Positions 1 to 8,320 of a DNA stretch of 64,000 bases are shown here, in pieces (within the stretch, counting starts at the first letter, position 1; the number at the start of each line of letters is the position of its first letter). Both the position numbers and the translations under genes were made by a program. The stretch is from Morganella psychrotolerans (GTDB lineage: Bacteria; Pseudomonadota; Gammaproteobacteria; Enterobacterales; Enterobacteriaceae), in the NCBI RefSeq assembly GCF_001676055.1, contig NZ_LZEX01000006.1, positions 1 to 64,000 on the forward strand. Direction: 5' to 3'. A model generated the notes under the pieces. The model made no database searches and was not told the DNA's origin. It saw only the letters and a list, made by a program, of their open reading frames with translations.

Positions 1-405
1 CGGTTATGACCGATAAGCCTGCCTGAGTTAATTCCTGAGCGCAGGTCTTTTTCTCGGTCATCACCAGCCCTTTTTTGCGAAAAGCTCCTTCATAGCATGA
101 TTTTCCAGACTAACTTCCGCAAACAACCGCTTAAGCCTGGTATTTTCATCCTCAAGTTCTTTAAGCCTTTTAATATCAGCCGCTTCCATACCGCCATATT
201 TTGATTTCCAGTTATAATATGTGGCGTTACTGATCCCGTTCTGACGGCAAATTTCGTCGACCTTCATACCAGAGTCAGCCAGCTTTAAAATACTGACGAT
301 CTGCGTTTCGGTAAAACGTGCTTTTTTCATTATGACCTCTGCTGTTTTCAGGGCAGAAAATCTAATTATAGTTGTTTCATTTTAGGGGAAGTGGACAGAT
401 CGACA
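1..405 (-). mobile_element. IS3-family insertion sequence, partial (runs off the window start). orfA is at 61-330, the A6G slippery heptamer for -1 frameshifting lies at about 73-79, and the start of orfB is at <1-75. The terminal inverted repeat ends near 405 (TG...)
   Basis: OrfA has the HTH/leucine-zipper architecture typical of IS3/IS407-group OrfA proteins (MKKARFTETQIVSIL...YYNWKSKYGG...ENTRLKRL). An AAAAAAG motif sits at the orfA 3' end. The element interrupts an integrase reading frame. Confidence 0.8.
61..330 (-). CDS. IS3 family transposase OrfA (HTH DNA-binding subunit)
   Basis: The 89-aa ORF has strong similarity by eye to IS3/IS407-group OrfA proteins. Confidence 0.85.
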   Translation of the reverse strand: MKKARFTETQIVSILKLADSGMKVDEICRQNGISNATYYNWKSKYGGMEAADIKRLKELEDENTRLKRLFAEVSLENHAMKELFAKKGW

Positions 406-638
406 CCATTAGCTAACAGCTTACGGGCTTCATCTCGGCGTGCCCGGGCATCTGCCAGCGAGACTTCAGGGTATTTCCCCAGCGCCAGCATCTTCTCTTT
501 GCCGCCGAAGCGATAACGAAGTCGCCAGTATTTAGAACCGTTAGGGTGAACCAGCAATACCATACCGTCACTATCAGTGAGCTTATAGGCTTTTGCTTCC
601 GGCTTAGCCGAACGAACTTTCACATCACTCAGAGCCAT
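406..638 (-). pseudogene. P4-type tyrosine integrase, N-terminal ~78-aa fragment truncated by the IS insertion
   Basis: MALSDVKVRSAKPEAKAYKLTDSDG...YWRLRYRFGGKEKMLALGKYPEVSLADARARRDEARKLLANGVD is the canonical P4-integrase arm-binding N-terminus. The frame reads straight into the IS terminal sequence and stops. Confidence 0.8.
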
Positions 639-805
639 GATGAGTATCCTTTCAAGGGTTCTGTGTGGGTACAAACATTATCGAACCGGGATATACCCGC
701 AGATGTACCCACATCAGTAAGTTGATATAGATTGAATCAGGTTGACTTAGGTTGAGTGAAAAAGCGAGGTAAGCCTTGCAGATACTGGATTTTAGATACA
801 AAAAA

Positions 806-829
806 AGACGTCGATTGACGTCTCTTGAT
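806..829 (-). terminator. relic rho-independent terminator of the ancestral leuX copy (7-bp stem AGACGTC/GACGTCT followed by a T-run on the minus strand)
   Basis: A perfect hairpin plus T6 lies immediately 3' of the displaced tRNA 3'-end fragment. Confidence 0.5.
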
Positions 830-836
830 GTTCTTA

Positions 837-857
837 TGGTGCCGAAGGCCGGACTCG
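837..857 (-). repeat. 21-bp tRNA-Leu 3'-end fragment (CGAGTCCGGCCTTCGGCACCA, including the CCA). This is the distal att direct repeat of the leuX island and the proximal att of the next element.
   Basis: It matches the T-arm/acceptor 3' end of tRNA-Leu(CAA). It shares an 18-bp core (17/18 identical) with the intact tRNA at 12414-12431. Confidence 0.75.
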
Positions 858-1139
858 CAAGTGCTGATATCTAATTGATTTAATAGAATATAACTATAAG
901 TCACGTAAAAACGACCAAGATATTGACCTTTCAGATAAAATATTTATGTATCCCTTTTCTATACAAGATAACTCTACTTTCTCTATGATAACTATCTATC
1001 GACACTACAGTTATTTTTTGTAAAAAGTCTTTAAATTAGTTGTTTATACCAAAATAGGGACCTAATTCATTAGACTACTTACAAAAAAAATCAAGATATA
1101 CTATAATAGTATAAGATTATTATATTAAAGGTAGCTAAT

Positions 1140-2629
1140 ATGAACTGGGAACAATTATTATCACCAAAAAGGTTACGTAATCCAACTACAAGCGCTAAAT
1201 TCGATTTAGATTGCAATAGAAATCAATATGAAAGTGATTTTGGTCGAGTAATCTTTAGTCCTGCATTACGCAGAATGCATGATAAAACACAAGTTTTTCC
1301 ATTAAATACAAATGATAATATTCATACAAGGCTGACTCATTCAATGGAAGTTATGTCTGTTGGATATTCACTAGGAATTGGGATCTGCAATCATGCTGAT
1401 TTCTTAAAAAGAATCAGCTCTCTAAAAGGGTCTTTTAATAAGAATATCTATAGAACCATTCCTGTAATATTAAAAAGCAGCTGTTTATTACACGATATTG
1501 GGAATCCCCCTTTTGGTCACTTTGGCGAAACTATAATACAAAATTACTTTCGAGAACTATTTGAAAAAAATAAAACAATATCTAGCGATATGACTTCGGA
1601 AGAAAGAAATGATTTTATAAATTTTGACGGTAATGCACAAGGCTTCCGAGTCATAACTAAGCTCCAAGCCTTAAATGATTTACATGGACTAAATTTAACC
1701 TCAGCAAGTTTAGCCTCATATTTAAAGTATCCAAATACAAATCCTCCAGATAAAAAAAGAATTGAGACAAAGAAAACAGGTGTTTTTTATTCAGAAAAAA
1801 AATACTTAGAGAAAGTATGTAAGGAATGCGGCCTGATAAATGAAGCAGACTTATTTTTGCGTCATCCATTAAGTTATTTAATGGAAGCAGCCGATTCAAT
1901 TTGCTATTCTGTAATTGATATTGAAGATGCTTTCAAAAAAGGAATAATAACTTTAAATGACATTCTAGAAGAGTTTAATAAAACCAAGTGTAAATTTGAA
2001 AAAGAAAACTTTGATTTATCAAACAACTCATTGGAATTAATAAACGAAGCTATTAACTATATAGATAATACAATTAAAAACACAGATGGTGAAAATAAAA
2101 AAAATTGTTGACATTAGAACTTATTTAATTGCTATTCTAGTTGACGACGCACTCAATAACTTCGCTAATAACTTAGATCAAATCGAAGCTGGTAATTATA
2201 ATAAAGAACTACTTGAGGATGGTAGATTAGCACCCTTAACAAAAGCACTACAAAATATAACTTGCTCTATAATCTTCCCATATAGAGAAATTGTTTCTTT
2301 GGAACTCGCTGGAGATTCTATATTAAAAGGAATATTCAATTATTATATTGGTTTGTTATTTTATGAACCTAAAGGGTTCGAAGAAGAAGATACCGAAATT
2401 GAAAAAATGAAAAGGAAGTATGCAAGCAAGGCCGAATCCATGATATCATCAAGCCTTGTACGTGTTGTAAAAAAAAGAACATGCAGAGGAATATGATTGC
2501 AACGAAAATATTCATATCGTTGAATTATCTACATATTTTAAGATAAAGTTAATTGTAGACTATGTTTCTGGAATGACTGATTTATTTGCAATTAATCATT
2601 ATCAAAAATTAAGTGGGCAGAAAATTTAA
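1140..2629 (+). pseudogene. dGTPase-family HD phosphohydrolase (Dgt-like dNTP triphosphohydrolase), read in three frames. It is interrupted twice, each time by a +1 shift inside an A8 run (~2096-2103 and ~2468-2475).
   Basis: The N-terminal part carries FSPALRRMHDKTQVFPL, HTRLTHSMEV, LLHDIGNPPFGHFGE, FDGNAQGFRV and LMEAADSICYSVIDIEDA, near-identical to E. coli Dgt motifs. The downstream frames continue the Dgt alignment through to YVSGMTDLFAINHYQKL (Dgt C-terminus). GC is about 28%. Confidence 0.8.
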
Positions 2630-2634
2630 ATATC

Positions 2635-3368
2635 ATGAAGAAAAACATTATAAAAGCTCATGAAAATGCATTCCATAAATATTTGGTGGATCGATTCCCT
2701 GACTTCACCAGCGAAATTATTGATGTATTATTAGAGGAAAAAAATGATGTTTTTCTTTTTAGTGGAATCATTAGAGATTACTTTTTACATAGAGATACGA
2801 AACTAGACTTCGATGTAAGAGATCTCGATATTGTAGTGCTTGATATTAACAAGTTCCAAAAAACCATTGGAAATAAAATAGAACATAAAAAAAAATTCAT
2901 TTGGTGGTTTGAAATTATATTTCAATGAAATTACTATCGATGTTTGGCAAACAAACTCAACATGGGGATTGAATCCTATAAAGGCGAATAAAATGGATTC
3001 TAATATAATCAACACTCTACCAGAAACGGTTTTTTTTTAATTGCTCATCTATTTTGTTTGACTTTCAAAATAAAACATTTATAGAGGATAATAATAATTA
3101 CTTCCAGTCTTTCATTGAAAGTAAAATATTAGATATCGTTCTAGAAGAAAACCCACTTCCAGAACTATGTATTTTGAATGCCATTTATTATACAAATACA
3201 TATGACTTAAAAATCAGTAAAAAACTAGCTAATTATGTAATGTCTACATTTTCAAAAATAAATAACGAACGATTTATAAAAGCTCAGCACAATCATTTTA
3301 ATAAAGTTATTTATGAAATAAATCAACTACAGAGAGAAATAGACAAATTGCTTACCAAAATAATTTAA
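2635..3368 (+). pseudogene. small Pol-beta superfamily nucleotidyltransferase of the CCA-adding/poly(A)-polymerase head-domain type, ~245 aa when three frames are joined. The frame shifts by +1 at an A9 run (2887-2895) and at a T9 run (3030-3038).
   Basis: The motif SGIIRDYFL...DFDVRDLDIVVLD resembles the GG.VRD...D.DIVT signature of PcnB/Cca head domains. Its start codon lies 5 nt after the dGTPase stop, so the two genes are probably translationally coupled. The call is tentative. Confidence 0.5.
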
Positions 3369-3523
3369 TTTATTATTAAAAGAACACATTAAACCGTACT
3401 ACATAAAATATATCTATATTTAAACACCGTTCTCATAGCTTTATTGATAGAATAAATAATAACATGTCTTTCACTAAAGTATCATTACAGTAAACCATAT
3501 TGCCTTTACCCCCCATAGCGGCT

Positions 3524-3568
3524 ATTCTAATGTTATCCCCCACAGGGGATATCATTGCAATATCCGCC
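3524..3568 (+). promoter_or_regulatory. two perfect HipB operator palindromes TATCC-N8-GGATA (3524-3541 and 3551-3568) just upstream of hipB
   Basis: They match the E. coli hipBA operator consensus exactly and overlap the predicted promoter. Confidence 0.8.
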
Positions 3569-3581
3569 ATAGGGGATAAAA

Positions 3582-3833
3582 ATGAAAGTCACATCACCGG
3601 CCGCACTGGCTAATGCAGTCAGAGATCAGCGAAAAATCAGTAAGATGAGTCAGACTCAGACTGCTGAGCTGATTGGTATCAAACAGACAACCGTTTCTGA
3701 TTTCGAGAACAAACCGGAATCCACTAAGCTGGAAACGTTGTTCAAAATCCTTGCTGCTCTGGACCTAGAGCTTCATGTTACGAAACGAGGCTCAACTCCG
3801 GATGAGAAAAAAACATGGAATAAGGAGTGGTAA
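3582..3833 (+). CDS. hipB: HipB antitoxin (Xre-family HTH)
   Basis: The 83-aa protein has the conserved ELIGIKQTTVSDFENKPE...LETLFKILAALDLEL stretch seen in E. coli HipB. It overlaps or abuts hipA. Confidence 0.9.
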   Translation: MKVTSPAALANAVRDQRKISKMSQTQTAELIGIKQTTVSDFENKPESTKLETLFKILAALDLELHVTKRGSTPDEKKTWNKEW

Positions 3834-3836
3834 GGG

Positions 3837-5147
3837 ATGAAAACACAGGCACTGACAGTCGCCATGAACGGCGATGTGGTAGGCACACTGTATCGGGATG
3901 GTACGGGTGCTATGTCATTCGAATACACGCCGGAATGGCTGTCTGAGCCCGGTTCCCGAGCTATTTCATTATCATTGCCCCTTCAGCACAACAGAATCAG
4001 GGGTAAGGAAGTATTTAATTTCTTCAGTAACCTGCTGCCGGATTCAGAGGTGATTATTGCCAGGATGCAGGCACGGTTCCATGTTGATACAACTCACCCG
4101 TTTGATCTGCTGGCAAGTGTCGGGCGTGACTGCGTGGGCGCAATTCAGTTGTATCCGTCGGGCAGTGACATTCCGTCTGTCATGGAAACACGGGCTGAGC
4201 CGCTGGATGATCATCAGATTGAAACACTGCTTGATGGCTATCAGACGGCACCTTTAGGGATGGAAGAAGGCGCTGATTTCCGGATTTCTTTAGCCGGAGC
4301 TCAGGAAAAAACAGCACTGCTCTGGTATCAGAACTGCTGGCAGCGACCACAAGGCAGTACACCTACCAGTCATATTTTTAAGCTCCCGATTGGGCGGATA
4401 GAACAGAATAATATCGACCTGCGGGAAAGCTGCGAAAATGAATGGCTGTGTTTGCGTATAGCCAAAGCATTTGGATTCCCGGCGGCTGATGCTGAATTAG
4501 CCGTATTTGGTCAGAAAAAGGTACTGATCGTCAGGCGCTTTGATCGGAAGTGGTCAGAGAATGGCTGGCTGATGCGGTTGCCTCAAGAGGATTTTTGCCA
4601 GGCTCTGGGAGTATCTCCGGCACTGAAATATGAGTCACATGGCGGTCCGGGAATAGCGGATGCAATGAATCTGTTGTTGGGCTCCCGCCTTGCCACACAA
4701 GACCGTGAATTATTTTTTAAATCACAGATTCTGTTCTGGATGCTGGCTGCAATTGATGGTCACGGGAAGAATTTCAGCCTGTTTATCGAGCCCGAAACAT
4801 CGTTCCGGATGACACCGCTTTATGATGTGATGTCTGCATTTCCTATTTTTGGCAGCAGGAGTATTCCGCTTAAAAAAGCCAAAATGGCAATGGCGTTATA
4901 CGGGAAAAATAAGCAGTATAATTTTGCGATGATACAGCCCCGGCATTTTATCAGTACCGCCGCACAAGTCGGATTTCCTCAGGATATTGCCCGTAAACTT
5001 ATGCTGGAAATGGCCTCTTACACAGGCACGGTGATCTCCACTGTAGCCACAGAGTTACCGGCTGATTTTCCGCAACACATCAGTGGCGCCATTTTCAAAG
5101 GGTTATCCGGGCAGGCTGCTAAAATCGTTAAATGGGTGCAAAATTAA
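3837..5147 (+). CDS. hipA: HipA serine/threonine-protein kinase toxin
   Basis: The 436-aa protein aligns along its full length with E. coli HipA (FNFFSNLLPDS, GAQEKTALL, RLPQEDFCQA, KYESHGGPGIA, DGHGKNFSLF). Confidence 0.95.
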   Translation: MKTQALTVAMNGDVVGTLYRDGTGAMSFEYTPEWLSEPGSRAISLSLPLQHNRIRGKEVFNFFSNLLPDSEVIIARMQARFHVDTTHPFDLLASVGRDCVGAIQLYPSGSDIPSVMETRAEPLDDHQIETLLDGYQTAPLGMEEGADFRISLAGAQEKTALLWYQNCWQRPQGSTPTSHIFKLPIGRIEQNNIDLRESCENEWLCLRIAKAFGFPAADAELAVFGQKKVLIVRRFDRKWSENGWLMRLPQEDFCQALGVSPALKYESHGGPGIADAMNLLLGSRLATQDRELFFKSQILFWMLAAIDGHGKNFSLFIEPETSFRMTPLYDVMSAFPIFGSRSIPLKKAKMAMALYGKNKQYNFAMIQPRHFISTAAQVGFPQDIARKLMLEMASYTGTVISTVATELPADFPQHISGAIFKGLSGQAAKIVKWVQN

Positions 5148-5254
5148 TCTCGGAGGGTATTGAAATGGGCTACATCGATGAAACGAATATAATTGATTGG
5201 GATAAGACCACCATTATTCAGAAACATTTCGTATATTTCTGAGGAGAAATAGCC

Positions 5255-5656
5255 ATGGTTAAAATAGCCCCTATCAAATTACTCCTTTCGTCTGCATTTT
5301 TATTTCTTTTGGCGGGCTATGGGATATATGTTTCAATAACTCATTATCTGGACTATTTTTTGATGAAGGATAAAATCGAATTTTCATTCTTAACCGGCCT
5401 GTTTGGTTTTGGTTCTCCCCTGATTATCTACTTTGTATATTTTGGATTTATTTTATCACGCGATATAAAACCAACAAAAAGAACAGTAAGCACTGCAAAA
5501 TATCTGGCAGGAATAGCAATATTCGGCATGATTTTTAGTTTGTTTTTTTTAGCCTACGTCAACGTTAACCTGACATCAAAAGGTTATCTGACTTGTGACA
5601 AAAAATCCATATTCGCTCCTAATAAATATGTCCTATCAAAAAATATGTGTAAATAA
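5255..5656 (+). CDS. hypothetical small membrane protein (3-4 predicted TM helices), low-GC island cargo
   Basis: The 133-aa ORF has hydrophobic segments and an RBS (GAGGAGAAATAGCC ATG). There is no recognisable family. Confidence 0.4.
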   Translation: MVKIAPIKLLLSSAFLFLLAGYGIYVSITHYLDYFLMKDKIEFSFLTGLFGFGSPLIIYFVYFGFILSRDIKPTKRTVSTAKYLAGIAIFGMIFSLFFLAYVNVNLTSKGYLTCDKKSIFAPNKYVLSKNMCK

Positions 5657-6146
5657 AGAGTACATGGTTTAATTATTAACCACTTGGCAGTAAAGCAATA
5701 TCACCTCCGGATAGTCCGGCTATTATATCCACTATGAATATAGTGCATAAAATATACTGATGAAGAATGAATATAATGAAAACAGGCAGATTGTTCATAT
5801 CGTTATTGATGCTATATCCGAAGATACTACCCTTTAAATAATTTCTCGGTATAGATACAGATTCCATCTGAATACGCTAATTCTGAATTCTTAATACAAA
5901 TCCCCATCCCAAAAAACTCAATCACCCGATCTACTCCGGAAACCTTCAAAACCCCAAATACAGTTGCTGATACAAATCATTAGCCACCTAATTCCGGGTA
6001 TTTCCTGGCTTTGCGGCAACGTTGCCTTTTTTAGCCATTTTCATGAAACGTAAACCCGCTTGAACCCGTCATCCGTTACCCCTACGTTTATACGCGTAAA
6101 ACCTGCTGTCAGTGACAGCCGCCAATGTTTCAATATCAATAAGATA

Positions 6147-6270
6147 TATACCCAACGTCATTCAAGTTGCAGGCAGGCGGCAAGCTCCGACCGCCGGGGA
6201 GCATACTGGTATGTGACCCGGCGGGTATCGTTCCGCCAACGAACCTGCTGTTTGAATGAATAAGGGTATA
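6147..6270. repeat. MITE-like repeat, copy 1 (~124 bp). It has imperfect terminal inverted repeats TATACCCAACGTCATTCAAG...CTGNTGTTTGAATGAATAAGGGTATA.
   Basis: It is about 85% identical to the copy at 47650-47775. A partial 5' end is also present at 41382-41408. Confidence 0.6.
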
Positions 6271-6772
6271 AGTGACCTGCAAGAAACGCCTTCGGGTGGC
6301 CGCAATACTCTTCCGTAATCCGGAAGAAACACCGTTAAAACCGAATCTCAGTGTCTGATATGTGCAGTTGACTGCGCTTTGCTATGCCTCAAGGGCATCT
6401 GCAAGCGCCTGTCCTGCTGCGCAGTGTTTAAGGCGTCACTTTTACGCCGCCGCACAGACTACTCTCAGCCCCTGAGATACACCGCTTACACAATCCGTCA
6501 TGCCTCTGACACCACAGTCAGCGTCTGATAAATCACCGGAAAGGAGACCACAACCACACTGAACCGATACCGGGAACGGGCTGCTCAGCCCGTGGGGATA
6601 TCCGCTCACGGACAGCCAAAGGCGAAAGCTGCACCCGTGCGGTACTGCGTGACGATATGAAAGCAATGGGATTTGATGTCTCCAAAAAGTTTTCCCGCTG
6701 GCTGGATAAGCTGGAAAAAGACAATCTGATCACATTGCGTGGCGAGGAAATTATCCCGCTGCCGTATCAGAC

Positions 6773-6990
6773 CAAAGTGGGGGACTAAACGGGGGAATGG
6801 TGGGGGAAGCCATCCGGAGCACCATAAAAACCGGTGTTTTCCCCACTTCGCAGTTATATATAGAACCTAAGTGGGGGCGATGCTGTAATTTCATAATAAA
6901 CATGCAGTTACGTTAAATTCCAAAAATGAGGTGGGGGAAGAAGTGGCACCCAGCTATGTGGGGGGCGAAGTGGGGGACGTTCTCACGTTT
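6773..6990. repeat. iteron-like array. It has at least 7 copies of RRGTGGGGG(A/C), one of them inverted, within ~220 bp, followed by an AT-rich tract (7080-7400).
   Basis: Copies are AAGTGGGGGA (6774), GGTGGGGGAAG (6799), inverted CCCCACTTCG (6843), AAGTGGGGGCG (6871), GGTGGGGGAAGAAGTGG (6929) and TGTGGGGGGCGAAGTGGGGGAC (6957-6978). The spacing and the neighbouring AT-rich DNA resemble a replication origin. Confidence 0.55.
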
Positions 6991-7558
6991 TTTCCCTGGC
7001 AGGCGCAGTTAAAACCTCGCTGATTTACAGACAACGCGTCAGTGCCGGTCATCTCAAATTTATAGTTGAGCCAGATATTTTTGATTGAAATTTTTCAGTG
7101 CCTGGGTATTTTATATTAGATTCGTAACGTAGCCGTACTAATCACCATGGATGAGATAATATTGATCGATACCATTTTTTTTTATTTATAAGCGCATTGA
7201 TTTTCTGGCAATTATTGTTTTTTCTCTGCTTGCACTTTGGCTTTCATCCATTTCATCAGGACGAATTTTAAGGCTTGCATTATTTTTGTTAGCGATACTA
7301 ATTATTACCCCTTATATTTTTGCCGCTGCTTATGTATTACTTATAATGTCCGTAAGCCTGATGTTTGCATATAACTAAAAATATACACACATCAATATTG
7401 CGCTTCTGATAGTTTATCTGCCGCTCTACCGCATCCCGTAACCACATAGCTACTTAGTCGTGCTGTATCCAATCTATCTACCCACACTAACAAATTTGCG
7501 CTCAGTCAGGTACCTGACAAAAACGATCACATCCGAAGGTTGTTTTTTATGCATGCAT

Positions 7559-7599
7559 TTGACGATTTATAAATCATGATTTACTATAAACGTAAATCA
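7559..7599 (+). promoter_or_regulatory. sigma70-like promoter (TTGACG-17-TACTAT) overlapped by a perfect 8-bp inverted repeat TGATTTAC-N7-GTAAATCA. This is a probable autoregulatory operator of the Xre-type antitoxin gene.
   Basis: Sequence inspection; it sits about 40 bp upstream of the ATG at 7637. Confidence 0.45.
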
Positions 7600-7636
7600 C
7601 CCCGCTTTGTCACATGCGGAAAAATGGGAGGATCGT

Positions 7637-8278
7637 ATGCATACGCACAGTGCTGAAAGAGAAAGAAAAAAACCGGCTGTTTCATTTCATGCAAATGAGG
7701 TGCTGGCAAGCCGCGTCAGTCATCTTGTTTCATCCCTTTTTGCTGATTTTGACGATAAATCTCTGGTATCTGAAATCATGGTACTGGAAGACCTTGAGTT
7801 GCTGGTTTACGTTGTAAATGCTTATCTGCAAAAGAAAACGCGGATGAATGATCGCGAAATGGAGATGTTCAAAGCCAGAATTCAGGCTACAGTCAGATTT
7901 TATCAGAAGCTGGATAAGCTGGGCGGTACTGTAAAAGCGAAAGAGGTCAGTGAGTTGCTGGGAGTGACACGGCAAACCGTTAATAATCATGTTAACAAAG
8001 GCAAGCTGATTGCAGTACGTCGTGGCGGTGATTATCTGTTCCCTGTCTTTCAGTTTAAGGGGTCAGAAATGCTCCCTCATCTGGACGATATTCTGCTGTG
8101 TCTGCCGCCGGAAACGGATGCAACGGCACGGGTTTCATTCCTGACCAACCCGGTTCGAGTTGATAATAAAAATCCTGTAAAAACACCGCTTGAGATCCTC
8201 AGTGACAATCCTTCCGATGAAAAAATAGCACTGTTACGCCGCGAGGCTACACTTTTCGCCAATCAGATGGCATCATAA
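7637..8278 (+). CDS. Xre/MbcA/ParS-like antitoxin with an HTH plus a C-terminal DUF2384 toxin-binding domain, and an unusually long N-terminal region
   Basis: The HTH is VSELLGVTRQTVNNHVNKGKLIAVRRGGDYLFP. The C-terminal FLTNPVRVDNKNPVKTPLEILSDNPSDEKIALLRREATLFA matches the DUF2384 consensus. The ORF-track start at 7607 uses TTG; the ATG at 7637 has a GGGAGGA RBS. Confidence 0.7.
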   Translation: MHTHSAERERKKPAVSFHANEVLASRVSHLVSSLFADFDDKSLVSEIMVLEDLELLVYVVNAYLQKKTRMNDREMEMFKARIQATVRFYQKLDKLGGTVKAKEVSELLGVTRQTVNNHVNKGKLIAVRRGGDYLFPVFQFKGSEMLPHLDDILLCLPPETDATARVSFLTNPVRVDNKNPVKTPLEILSDNPSDEKIALLRREATLFANQMAS

Positions 8279-8320
8279 AAGGGTTCACCGGCCCAGACAG
8301 ACCGGTGAACCATAACAGCA

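Noticed and set aside
861-1139. GATAACT direct repeats upstream of the dGTPase gene, considered as DnaA boxes or an operator.
   Set aside because: Only two short copies in extremely AT-rich DNA, which is not distinguishable from chance.
6060-6263. The 67-aa ORF MNPSSVTPTF...
   Set aside because: It overlaps the MITE-like repeat copy, has no RBS, and its sequence is repeat-derived.
6657-6788. Possibility that the short MKAMGFDVSKKFSRWLDKLEKDNLITLRGEEIIPLPYQTKVGD ORF is an intact small DNA-binding protein gene.
   Set aside because: No Shine-Dalgarno sequence. The frame is open upstream to a stop at 6507 with no start. It is more consistent with a 3' remnant of a larger, now disrupted rep-like gene.
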